Assembly (NCBI GenBank): GCA_963805975.1 | Contig: CAWDVR010000003.1 | Coordinates: 887,255 to 951,254 of the forward strand | Direction: 5' to 3' | Length of the DNA stretch: 64,000 bases | Source: an uncultured Acidobacteriota bacterium | GTDB lineage: Bacteria > Acidobacteriota > Thermoanaerobaculia > Multivoradales > SZUA-115 | Shown here: positions 29,003-37,726 of the stretch, piece after piece | Layout: each line of letters starts with the position of its first letter | How positions within the stretch are numbered: the stretch's first letter is position 1 | Translations under genes and position numbers: made by a program | Notes under the pieces: model-generated | The model's input: the letters and a program-made list of their open reading frames with translations, nothing else | Databases searched by the model: none | What the model was told of the DNA's origin: nothing

Positions 29003-32000
29003 ATGCCCGGCGACCACACTCGCTTCTCCTTCGACCCGTTCGACGACCACATCGGCGTGCGCATGCAGCAGGGCCGCGTCATGCTCGACGCGGACTTCAA
29101 CGAGCTGGTCGAGATCCTCGACCGCCGCACCCGCGCCGGCACGCTCGACACCCTGGGCCGCGCGGTGGTGCCCGCCGAGACCCCGGACGGCTTCGAGATC
29201 GCGATCGGCGGCGCCTCGGTGACCATCGGCCCCGGCCGCCTGTACGTGGACGGCCAGCTCGCCGAGAACCACGGCCTCGTGCCGCGCGTCTGGGAGCGGC
29301 ACCTCGCCGAGGAGCGGGGCACCCTGCCCGTGCCCTACGAGGAGCAGCCCTACTTCCCCAACGTGGCCGTCGAGGCGCCCTTCCCGGCGGCCGGCGGCCC
29401 CCACCTGGTGTACCTCGATGTCTGGCAGCGCGAGCTCACCCATCTCGAGGACCCGGAGCTTCTCGAGAAGGCCCTGGGCGTCGACACCGCCACCCGCCTC
29501 CAGACCGTGTGGCAGGTGAAGGTGCTGGCGGACGTGGACGGCAACTGCGCCACTCCCGACGGCCAGATCCCGGCCTGGGTGGCCGCCACCGCGCCCTCGG
29601 CAGGCCGGCTCACCACCGCGGCGGTCGGCGTGCCGACCTCGAACGACCCCTGCGTCGTCAACCCCGCGGGCGGCTACCGCGGCACCGAGAACCGGCTCTA
29701 CCGCGTGGAGGTCCACACGCCCGGACTGCTGGGCGACGCGACCTTCAAGTGGTCCCGCGACAACGGCTCGGTGGGCGCGGCAGTCACCGCGATCAGCGCC
29801 GGGCGCGACCGCCTGACCGTGTCGCGCACCCGCCGGGATGCCGTGCTGCGCTTCTCGGCCAACGACTGGGTGGAGGTGACGGACGACTGGACCGAGCTCG
29901 CCGGCCGCCCCGGGGTGATGGCCAAGGTGCTCTCCGTGGACGACGTGGCCGAGACCCTGACGCTCACCGCGCCGCTGCCGGCCGGGGCCTTCGACGAGGC
30001 GGCGCCGGCCGGCCGCCGCACTCGGGTGCGGCGCTGGGACCAGAAGGGCGTGGTGCTCGACTCGGCCAACAACATCGTGGCCAACGTCGATGTCGGAGGT
30101 GGCACCATCCCGGTCGACGCCGCGGCCGCGATGGTGCTCGAAGACGGCATCGAGGTGAGCTTCGGCGTGGACCCCGCGGGCGGCTCGTTCCGGGTGGGGG
30201 ACTTCTGGGTGTTCGCCGCCCGCACCGTGGACGCCTCGGTCGAGATCCTCACCCAGGCCCCGCCGCGGGGCATCCACCACCACTACGCGCGGCTCGCCAT
30301 GGTGACCTTTCCGGGCAGCGTCGAGGACTGCCGAGTCCCCTGGCCGAGCTTCGGCCGGAGCTGCTGCACGCGCGTGGTGCGGCCGGGAGAGAGCATCCAG
30401 GCGGCGATCGACTCGCTGCCCGCCGCCGGCGGCTGCGTGTGCCTGAAGGTGGGGGTCCACGAGATCCGGGACACGATCCGCATCGCGAGGTCGAACATCC
30501 ACTTCCACGGCGAGAGCTCGGGCGCGGTGGTGCGAAGCCGCGAGTTCATCACCTTGCTGCGGATCGGTGATGCCGAGGGCCGGCCGGTGACCGACGTGAA
30601 GGTCGAGAGCCTGGGCTTCGAGCTCGCGGTGCCGGGCGACAACGTCGTGGCACTGATCGACGTGGTGCGCGCGGCGGACGTCACCATCACCGACTGCCGC
30701 GCCGCCTGTCTCGAGTCCCGTGCCGTCTCCGGCATCCGCCTGGTGCGAGCGGACCGCACCGTGCTCGACCGGCTGGAGGTCTCCGGTGTGCGCCTGGGGG
30801 TGTGGGCCACGGAGCGCTCGCGGTCGGTCGAGGTGCTGGACTGCCGGCTGACCAACCTCGTCGTCCGCCAGGACCCGCCGGGCGACTGCGGCATTCTCCT
30901 CGAGGAGATCGTCGACACGGGCGCGCTCCAGGGCTCGCGCGTCGAAGGCAACCGCATCTCGGGCTTCCTGCTCGGCATCGTGGTCAACAACAACTCGCTC
31001 TTCGGCATACCGACCTCGCTGGCCGAGGGCGCGCTGGTCCTGCGCAACGAGATCTTCCGCTCCCGGCTCGACGCGGAGGAAGGAGGCCCCAGGCTCTGGG
31101 GCATCGACGTCGCCGCGGCGCGCTGCCTGGTCGAGGGCAACGTGCTGCTCTACGACGGCACGGCGTACGGCGGCATCCGCATGGCCGGAGACCAGGGCCG
31201 GGTGGAGGGCAACCTGCTCGTGGCCCCGGTCCGCGACCTGGCCGGTTCCCTGCCGCTCGCCATCCTCGTGGGTACCGAGGAGCCCGGGGAGGTCGGCTTC
31301 GGCGACGGCGCCGTGGTCTCCGGCAACCGGGTCCTCGGTGCGCAGGACGGCATCCTGCTCCGCGAGGTGGTGGAGGTCGAGGTGATCGGCAACCAGATCG
31401 GCGGCGAGAACACCGGCCTCCGCGTCGCGCTCGGTCTGTTGAAGGCGCGGGCGGCGACGATCGCCGGCAACCGAATCCGTGGGGCTGCCTTCGCGCTCCT
31501 CGCCACGGGCGGGGTGGGCAACCGCCTGCTGGACAACCGGATCACGGACTGCCAGATCGCGATCTGGACGGTCTCCGAGACCGACCTCGAAGTGCGCGGC
31601 AATCACGTGGAGAACGTCGCCTGGGCAGGGTTCATGGGCTTCTCCGCCCTGGGCGTCACGCGGCTCGTGGACAACCGCTTCCTCCACTGTGCCTACGGCG
31701 CCCCGTCCAACGCCTCGGCCGCGGTGCTGGCGACCTCGCTGGCCTTCCTGCCGCAGAGCGAGGTGATCGTCGACTCGTGCGAGATCCGCGATGCCGGCGT
31801 GTCCCCCGGCGGCGCTCCCATCGCCCAGGCGGTCTCGGGCATCTGGGTCTGGGCCCTCTCCGCAACCGTGCGCGGCAACCGGCTCCATTTCACCGACGTG
31901 GCCAAGGTCGCCGCCAACCTCGAGCACCGGGCGATCTTCCTCGCCGGCGGGCCCGGCCTGCTCGAGAGCCGGACGACCTTCGGCTCGGCGCACGTGGTCG

Positions 32001-32350
32001 ACAACCGGGTGACCGGTGCCGCGCTCACCTTCCTGATCCAGGTGCTGCGCCTGCCGCTCGCCAACAACATCGCCCTGGTCTTCGATCGCGTCACCTTCAG
32101 CCAGAACGCGTGCGAGCACATCGGCTCGGCCGGGGCCACTGGCACCACGCAGGCCACGGTCTCTCTTGCCGGCATGCGGATGATCGTCTCCGGCAACCAC
32201 GTGCGGGCCTTCCCGCAGCAGTTCAACTCGTTCCACCTCAACAACGCGACCTCGACGTTCCTCGGCAACGCGCACGACGGCAAGGTCATCGGCATCGGCC
32301 TCGTCAAGCCTCTCAACCCCAACGGCAACGATTTCAACGTCCTCGGCTGA
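29003..32350 (+). CDS. DUF6519 protein with right-handed beta-helix C-terminus (tail fibre/spike-like)
   Basis: MQQGRVMLDADFNE, GGYRGTENRLYRVEVH, FKWSRDNGS, HHHYARLA; then SIQAAIDSLPAAGG and many VxGNxI beta-helix rungs. Confidence 0.88.
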   Translation: MPGDHTRFSFDPFDDHIGVRMQQGRVMLDADFNELVEILDRRTRAGTLDTLGRAVVPAETPDGFEIAIGGASVTIGPGRLYVDGQLAENHGLVPRVWERHLAEERGTLPVPYEEQPYFPNVAVEAPFPAAGGPHLVYLDVWQRELTHLEDPELLEKALGVDTATRLQTVWQVKVLADVDGNCATPDGQIPAWVAATAPSAGRLTTAAVGVPTSNDPCVVNPAGGYRGTENRLYRVEVHTPGLLGDATFKWSRDNGSVGAAVTAISAGRDRLTVSRTRRDAVLRFSANDWVEVTDDWTELAGRPGVMAKVLSVDDVAETLTLTAPLPAGAFDEAAPAGRRTRVRRWDQKGVVLDSANNIVANVDVGGGTIPVDAAAAMVLEDGIEVSFGVDPAGGSFRVGDFWVFAARTVDASVEILTQAPPRGIHHHYARLAMVTFPGSVEDCRVPWPSFGRSCCTRVVRPGESIQAAIDSLPAAGGCVCLKVGVHEIRDTIRIARSNIHFHGESSGAVVRSREFITLLRIGDAEGRPVTDVKVESLGFELAVPGDNVVALIDVVRAADVTITDCRAACLESRAVSGIRLVRADRTVLDRLEVSGVRLGVWATERSRSVEVLDCRLTNLVVRQDPPGDCGILLEEIVDTGALQGSRVEGNRISGFLLGIVVNNNSLFGIPTSLAEGALVLRNEIFRSRLDAEEGGPRLWGIDVAAARCLVEGNVLLYDGTAYGGIRMAGDQGRVEGNLLVAPVRDLAGSLPLAILVGTEEPGEVGFGDGAVVSGNRVLGAQDGILLREVVEVEVIGNQIGGENTGLRVALGLLKARAATIAGNRIRGAAFALLATGGVGNRLLDNRITDCQIAIWTVSETDLEVRGNHVENVAWAGFMGFSALGVTRLVDNRFLHCAYGAPSNASAAVLATSLAFLPQSEVIVDSCEIRDAGVSPGGAPIAQAVSGIWVWALSATVRGNRLHFTDVAKVAANLEHRAIFLAGGPGLLESRTTFGSAHVVDNRVTGAALTFLIQVLRLPLANNIALVFDRVTFSQNACEHIGSAGATGTTQATVSLAGMRMIVSGNHVRAFPQQFNSFHLNNATSTFLGNAHDGKVIGIGLVKPLNPNGNDFNVLG

Positions 32351-32373
32351 GCGCCCGAGACCCGGAGACACCC

Positions 32374-32730
32374 ATGGCCATCGACACCATCCGAGAGCTG
32401 CTGAAGAATCACCAGGAGCTGCTGGAGCGCAACCGGCCGCGGCTCGACGCGGTGCGCGAGGGCGGCAGGCTGCCACCGGAAGAGGTGCGCAAGCAGAAGG
32501 ACGAGGAGATCGCCGCGCTCCGCGAGCGGCTGACCGAGACCGCAGCGGCCCGCCGCAAGGCGCTCGAACGCTATGACAGCGAGATCCAGCGCCTCAAAGA
32601 CGACCTCGCCCGCCTGGAAGAGGGTGGCAAGAAGGTCGACGAGGTGCTCAGCGGCAAGCCAAGGCCCATCGCCAAGCCCAAGGCCAAAGCCAGTGGTGCG
32701 AAGAAGGAGCGGGTGGGTAGGAAGAAGTAG
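32374..32730 (+). CDS. Coiled-coil protein with Lys-rich tail, last gene of the eCIS run
   Basis: GGAG RBS before ATG 32374; heptad-like E/K/R/L pattern. Confidence 0.7.
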   Translation: MAIDTIRELLKNHQELLERNRPRLDAVREGGRLPPEEVRKQKDEEIAALRERLTETAAARRKALERYDSEIQRLKDDLARLEEGGKKVDEVLSGKPRPIAKPKAKASGAKKERVGRKK

Positions 32731-32746
32731 GACGATTTTGCAGCGA

Positions 32747-32830
32747 AGGGCGCCACCCCCCGACTCCGCCGAACAGAGCCGCCTCTCTCCGGCCCCCTCT
32801 CCCGCTCGCGGGAGAGGGCTGGGGTGAGGG
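32747..32830. repeat. 84-bp direct repeat, left copy (contains family A palindrome)
   Basis: Near-identical to 33320-33403; a partial extra arm lies at about 32863-32882. Confidence 0.85.
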
Positions 32831-32906
32831 CGCGTTACGAAGGCCGCTGACGCGACAAGCAAGGAGAGGGCTGGGGTGAGGGCGCTGCGCATGCGAGGAT
32901 CATCCA

Positions 32907-33284
32907 GTGAAGGCGCGCAGCGGTTCCGTGACTCGAGCCCGAGAGCTGCGGCGGGTCGCCACTGAGGCGGAGAAGGCACTGTGGGAGGAGCTGCGAGATC
33001 GCAAGCTCGGCGGGTTCAAGTTTCGCCGTCAGGTCCCCGTCGGAGCCTTCGTGCTCGACCTCTACTGCGCCCAGTCACGCCTCGCCGTAGAGGTGGACGG
33101 CGGCGGTCACGCCGAGGCCCAGCAGGCGGCCTACGACGACGAGCGCACACAGCTCCTGGCTCGACGAGGCATCCGGCTGCTGCGATTCTGGAACGACGAC
33201 GTGATGAGGCACCGCGAGGCGGTATTGGAGAGGATTCTGCGCGAGTTGGAGGGAGGCAGCAGCCGCGACGGCGAGGAATCTTGA
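32907..33284 (+). CDS. DUF559 / YcjD-like (Vsr-like) endonuclease domain protein
   Basis: ARELRR..TEAEKALW..LR, FKFRRQVPVGAFVLDLYC, VEVDGGGH, LRFWN. Confidence 0.9.
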   Translation: MKARSGSVTRARELRRVATEAEKALWEELRDRKLGGFKFRRQVPVGAFVLDLYCAQSRLAVEVDGGGHAEAQQAAYDDERTQLLARRGIRLLRFWNDDVMRHREAVLERILRELEGGSSRDGEES

Positions 33285-33287
33285 GCG

Positions 33288-33403
33288 CCCTCACCCCGAC
33301 CCTCTCCCGCGAGCGGGAGAGGGCGCCACCGCCCGACCCCGCCGAACAGAGCTGCCTCTCTCCGGCCCCCTCTCCCGCTCGCGGGAGAGGGCTGGGGTGA
33401 GGG
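33288..33403. repeat. Inverted pair of family A palindromes including the right 84-bp direct-repeat copy
   Basis: CCCTCACCCCGACCCTCTCCCGCGAGCGGGAGAGGG ... CCCTCTCCCGCTCGCGGGAGAGGGCTGGGGTGAGGG. Confidence 0.85.
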
Positions 33404-33421
33404 GGCGCTACGCAGGCCGCC

Positions 33422-35566
33422 TCAGCTCGCAACCTTGCGAGCGAGAACCCGCGAGCGCAAGCCCCTCACCAGGCGGGCCATGCCGCGCCGGAACCACCGC
33501 CCCTCGAGCGCGTCCCGCATGTTGGCGCAGTCGGCGTGCATCTGTCGCAGATAGGGGTACGGTTCGGTGGGCAAAGTCCCTTCGACCAGCGGGAAATGGT
33601 TGCCGGTCAAGATGCTCTGCGTGCGGCCGTCCATGTAGCAGACGGTGAAGGCGCGGCGCGGCGCGGGGGTCGGGTTCACGCCCGAGCGATGGATCAGCCA
33701 GTTGTGGAGCAGCACGGCATGGCCTTCCTCGACCTCGAGGTGGCGGACGCGCTCGGCGGGGCAGTGGCGTTCCACGTCCTCCGGCTGCACCGTGCTGCCG
33801 TAGGTGGAGAGCAGCCCCAGGCGGTGCGACCCCGGGATCACCTGGAGGCAGCCGTTGGCCTGGGTCGCGGGGTCGAGCGCAACCCAGACGGTGACCAGCG
33901 GGTCGCGGTCGAGGGCCCAGACGGCGCCGCCGTCCTGGTGCCAGGGAAGCACGGTGCCCTGGCCCGCCGGCTTGTTCATGACCATGGCGCGAAAGATCGA
34001 GATCGGGGCATGCGCGCCGTACGCGTGTGCGCAGATCTCCCGGCAGAGAGGGTGCCGGACCAGGCGTGAGTAGTGCTCGTCGGTCTCGAGCCCCTGGATC
34101 TTGCGGTAGAGCATCGTGGGGCGCTCGAAGCTGCGGACGGCTTGCGGCAGCTCTTCGTAGACCCCTCCGGTGTCGAGCTGCATCTGCACGGCCGGGTTCT
34201 CGACGGCGCCCATCGCCAGGTCGTCGGCCCGCTGGCGGAGCTGCTCCAGCTCTGCCGGCTCCAGCAGCTTCCCGAGGTTCAGAAAGCCGTCACGCAAATA
34301 TTGGTGCCACTGCTCTTCAGTCACCACCTTGCTCACCTCCGGCATGCGCTCTTCTTCGTAACGGGCGGCCTGGCCGGCGGGGTCGGCCGATCCCTCGCTG
34401 CCAGCCTGCCCCACGAGGGATGGTAGATCAGGCTCCTCGCCAGATTCGTCGTCAGGCTCATCGTGCCAGCCGAGCAGCGCTTGCAGGCGCCGCCATCTTT
34501 GCGCGTCCTCGACCACCAGCCGCTCGCGGGCCCGGATCATCGTGGCCCTCACCTCGTCGCGCCGGCTCCAGAGATCGCGGCAACCCGCCAACAGGCCCCC
34601 GCTCGAGGCGGCCGGCAGGGAGAGGCACCAGGGCTCCATCCCGACCTGCGCGAGGGCGCCCTGGAGCTTGATCCGCGTGTAGTCGTCGCGATAGAGCCCC
34701 AGGCACGGAACGGAGCCGGCGGTGCCGAACACCAGCGGGTGATAGCGCGACGACACTACCAGGGCCGCCCGCTGGGTCACCCACGCGGTCGCCGCCGGGG
34801 GCATCACGGGCAGGGACCCACAGTCCACACCCTCGGCGAAGAGCAGCCTGCGCAGCGCCATTCCGGCCTCACCGTCCTCGCTTCCCAGGCCGCCGAGCGG
34901 CCCGACATGGGACACGAACACGGGATGCAACCCGCTCTCGGAGGCGACCCTCGCGAGCTGCGAGGCCAGCCTGCCGAGCTCGGCATGGGAGCCTGGCACG
35001 CCGAACGACGGATCGAGGGTGATGGCGAGAAACGGCTCTTCCAGCTCGGCGTAGTCGGGGGCCTCCTCCTCGGTCGGCGGGCGCCCCGCGAGCAGGAACG
35101 CATCGTCGGCCTGATAGCAGAGCCGCTCCGGCGGCACGCCGAGCTCCAGCGCCAGCCTCTCCGACGGACGCTCGCGGACTCCCAGGAGCTCGACCTCGGC
35201 CAGCGCTGCGGCCAGCGCGGAACGCTCGACGGCTGAGAGCTCGGGCCCGAGGGTCTGGCCGCCGGTGACGATCGGGAGCTGCCGGCGCCGGGCCTCGCGC
35301 ATCCACAGGAGCCGCTGGCGAACGAGGTCGGGCCATGAGGAGGAGAGGTTGCCGCCTCCCGAGATGAACAACCCGCTGGCCCCGGCAAGCACCGCCCCAC
35401 AGAGCTCTTCCTCGCCGGCGGCCGGACGGCGCCCGATCACCGTCATCTGGCCGCCCGGGTGGTGCCGGCGGAGGGTCTCGAGGTTGGCCTCGAGCATGGC
35501 CTCGTCCCCGACGTGGAACGGCCTGGCGCCGACGTCCGCCACGATCACCAAGGAGGCTTGCGGCAT
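33422..35566 (-). CDS. Fusion: polysaccharide pyruvyl transferase-like domain + PhyH-family Fe(II)/2OG dioxygenase
   Basis: HVGDEAM, ISGGGNL, GQTLGP, GVRE..S, SSRYH; then PWHQD, VWVALD..T..NGCL, IHRSG.N...R. Confidence 0.8.
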   Translation of the reverse strand: MPQASLVIVADVGARPFHVGDEAMLEANLETLRRHHPGGQMTVIGRRPAAGEEELCGAVLAGASGLFISGGGNLSSSWPDLVRQRLLWMREARRRQLPIVTGGQTLGPELSAVERSALAAALAEVELLGVRERPSERLALELGVPPERLCYQADDAFLLAGRPPTEEEAPDYAELEEPFLAITLDPSFGVPGSHAELGRLASQLARVASESGLHPVFVSHVGPLGGLGSEDGEAGMALRRLLFAEGVDCGSLPVMPPAATAWVTQRAALVVSSRYHPLVFGTAGSVPCLGLYRDDYTRIKLQGALAQVGMEPWCLSLPAASSGGLLAGCRDLWSRRDEVRATMIRARERLVVEDAQRWRRLQALLGWHDEPDDESGEEPDLPSLVGQAGSEGSADPAGQAARYEEERMPEVSKVVTEEQWHQYLRDGFLNLGKLLEPAELEQLRQRADDLAMGAVENPAVQMQLDTGGVYEELPQAVRSFERPTMLYRKIQGLETDEHYSRLVRHPLCREICAHAYGAHAPISIFRAMVMNKPAGQGTVLPWHQDGGAVWALDRDPLVTVWVALDPATQANGCLQVIPGSHRLGLLSTYGSTVQPEDVERHCPAERVRHLEVEEGHAVLLHNWLIHRSGVNPTPAPRRAFTVCYMDGRTQSILTGNHFPLVEGTLPTEPYPYLRQMHADCANMRDALEGRWFRRGMARLVRGLRSRVLARKVAS

Positions 35567-35630
35567 GGAGGCGGAAGTTTATACGCCGAGGCGCGAGAAC
35601 CTCGCCGGGGCTCCTGCGTACCTGAGCACC

Positions 35631-36137
35631 ATGAGAAAGTCTGGCAGTCTCGGGCGCCCGTTCATCGTTTCTCTGCTAAGCCGCTTCGCCTGGTGGGCCT
35701 TCTGCGCCGGCCTGGCGATCGGCGCACCCGGCGGGCGTCTCCATGCCGCGGAGGCCCCCCGGCCGGCGCCGCCGAGTGTCGAGCTGCCGCGCGAGCTGGC
35801 CCGTGTGCTGACGGACTACGAAGCTGCCTGGCAGAGCCGCGACGCGGCGGCCTTGGCCCAGCTCTTTGCCGAGGATGGGTTCGTGCTCTCGAGTGGTGCT
35901 CCGCCGGTGCGCGGCCGGTCCGCCATCCAAGAGCACTACGCCGGCGCCGGCGGCGCATTGGCCCTGCGAGCCCTGGCGTTTGCGACCTCGGGCGACCTGG
36001 GCTACATCGTCGGCGGCTACGGGCGCCGAGCCGGCGAGCCGGACATCGGCAAGTTCACCCTCACTTTGAAGAAGGGCGCCGACGGCCGCTGGCTCATCTT
36101 TTCGGACATGGACAACGGCAACCAGCGGGACCGCTGA
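35631..36137 (+). CDS. Exported NTF2-like (DUF4440/SnoaL) protein
   Basis: Signal-like N-terminus; AAWQSRDAAALAQLFAEDG, GKFTLTLKKGADGRWLI. Confidence 0.8.
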   Translation: MRKSGSLGRPFIVSLLSRFAWWAFCAGLAIGAPGGRLHAAEAPRPAPPSVELPRELARVLTDYEAAWQSRDAAALAQLFAEDGFVLSSGAPPVRGRSAIQEHYAGAGGALALRALAFATSGDLGYIVGGYGRRAGEPDIGKFTLTLKKGADGRWLIFSDMDNGNQRDR

Positions 36138-36247
36138 AGCTGCTTTGCCGCTCCATAGAGGCTCGAGCATCACCTGCTCGCGGGCTCTATCGAGGAGGCC
36201 TGCAGCCCTGGACTGGTATGCCGGATTGCATTATGCTGTTCGGCATA

Positions 36248-37726
36248 ATGTTGTTCGTCAATCGTCAGGAAGAGCTGCTCCGACTGGACCGCTTCGCGGC
36301 GCGCGAGGAAGGTGGGCTGGCCGTTCTCTACGGCCGGCGGCGGGTGGGGAAGACCCGCCTCCTGCTCGAGTGGGCGAGCCGGCACGACGGGCTCTACACC
36401 GTTGCCGATCAGTCGGCACCCGAGCTTCAGCGGCGTTACTTCGCCGAGGCCGTCTCGGGCCGGCTTCCGGGTTTCGCGGAGGTCGAGTATCGAGACTGGC
36501 GGAGCTTGTTCTCCCGCCTGGCGCGGGAGGCGCAGCTTGCAGACTGGCGTGGGCCGCTGATCTTCGACGAGCTACCCTACCTCGCTCTCGCCTCGCCTGA
36601 GCTGCCGAGCGTCCTCCAACGCTGGATCGACCACGAGGCGCGGGCAGCACGGTTGAAGGTGGCAGTCGCCGGGTCCAGCCAGCGCATGATGCAGGGCCTG
36701 GTGCTCGACCGGCAGGCCCCTCTCTTCGGCCGTGCGCAGGAGATCTTCGAGGTCCAACCGCTGGCACCGCGGGTCCTGCCGCAGGCGTTTCCTGGCAGTT
36801 GGGGAGCACACTGGGCCGAGCTGTACGCCGCCTGGGGTGGCATTCCCCGCTACTGGGAGCTGGCGCGGGAGATTCCCGGCGACGTCGCCGCGCAGATCGA
36901 GCAGTTGGTGCTCGATCCGCTCGGACCCCTGCACCGCGAGCCCGACCGGTTGCTGCTCGAAGAGATCCCTTCGGCTCTCGAGGCCCGGCCATTGCTCGAT
37001 GCGATCGGCGCGGGGGTCCACCGCGTCTCGGAGATCGCGGGCCGCCTCGGTCGTCCGGCGACGTCGATGGCCCGGCCTCTGGAGCGGCTTCTCGGTCTCG
37101 GCCTGGTGCGCCGAGAGGTGCCGTATGGTGAGAGCGAGAAGGTCACCAAGCGGGCGCTCTACAAGATCGAGGACCCCTTCTTCCGCCTCTGGTTCCGTGT
37201 CGTGGCTCCCCACCGCGCGCAGCTCGCGAGCGGCACCGGCGAAACCCGGCGGCAGATCCTGGAGCGATTCTGGGAGGGTCTCCGATCCGAAGCTTGGGAA
37301 GAGCTTTGCCGCAAGAGCCTGCCGGTGTTGACCGCGGGCAGCGCCATCGCCGGCCTCGGTCCGTGGGGCACGGCCTCTCGCTGGTGGCAGGGTGGTCTTC
37401 CGGAGTGGGACGTGGTGAGCGAGTCCCTCGACGGCAAACGGCTCCTCTTGGGCGAGGTCAAGTGGAGTGCCGAGCCTTTCGATCGGAAGAAGCTGGAGGC
37501 GGTCGGTCGTGAGCTGGCGGCCAAGCCCGAGCCACCACTGCCGCCCCGATTTCTCCGGCACTCCACGGTCCGGGCGCTCTTCGTGCCCGAGGTCGCGCCA
37601 CGCTCCCAGGCCCTGCTCGCGCGGCATGGCGGTCCGATCGTCGTGACGGCGGACGATCTGCTCGGCTCTGCCAAGCAGGGCACCGCGGTCAGCACCCGCA
37701 GTCGAGCCGCGCGGCGGCGATCGTAG
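36248..37726 (+). CDS. Archaeal-type ATPase with winged helix and DUF234 / PD-(D/E)xK C-terminus
   Basis: FVNRQEEL, YGRRRVGKT, IFDELPY, GGIPRY, DPFFRLWFR, EWDVV...GEVKW. Confidence 0.88.
   Translation: MLFVNRQEELLRLDRFAAREEGGLAVLYGRRRVGKTRLLLEWASRHDGLYTVADQSAPELQRRYFAEAVSGRLPGFAEVEYRDWRSLFSRLAREAQLADWRGPLIFDELPYLALASPELPSVLQRWIDHEARAARLKVAVAGSSQRMMQGLVLDRQAPLFGRAQEIFEVQPLAPRVLPQAFPGSWGAHWAELYAAWGGIPRYWELAREIPGDVAAQIEQLVLDPLGPLHREPDRLLLEEIPSALEARPLLDAIGAGVHRVSEIAGRLGRPATSMARPLERLLGLGLVRREVPYGESEKVTKRALYKIEDPFFRLWFRVVAPHRAQLASGTGETRRQILERFWEGLRSEAWEELCRKSLPVLTAGSAIAGLGPWGTASRWWQGGLPEWDVVSESLDGKRLLLGEVKWSAEPFDRKKLEAVGRELAAKPEPPLPPRFLRHSTVRALFVPEVAPRSQALLARHGGPIVVTADDLLGSAKQGTAVSTRSRAARRRS

Noticed and set aside
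26696-32476. Very long antisense ORFs (1926 aa here; also 39738-44921, 20758-23811, 23847-26585, 2282-4594)
   Set aside because: They mirror recognisable sense genes and have no motifs; shadow ORFs are expected in high-GC DNA.
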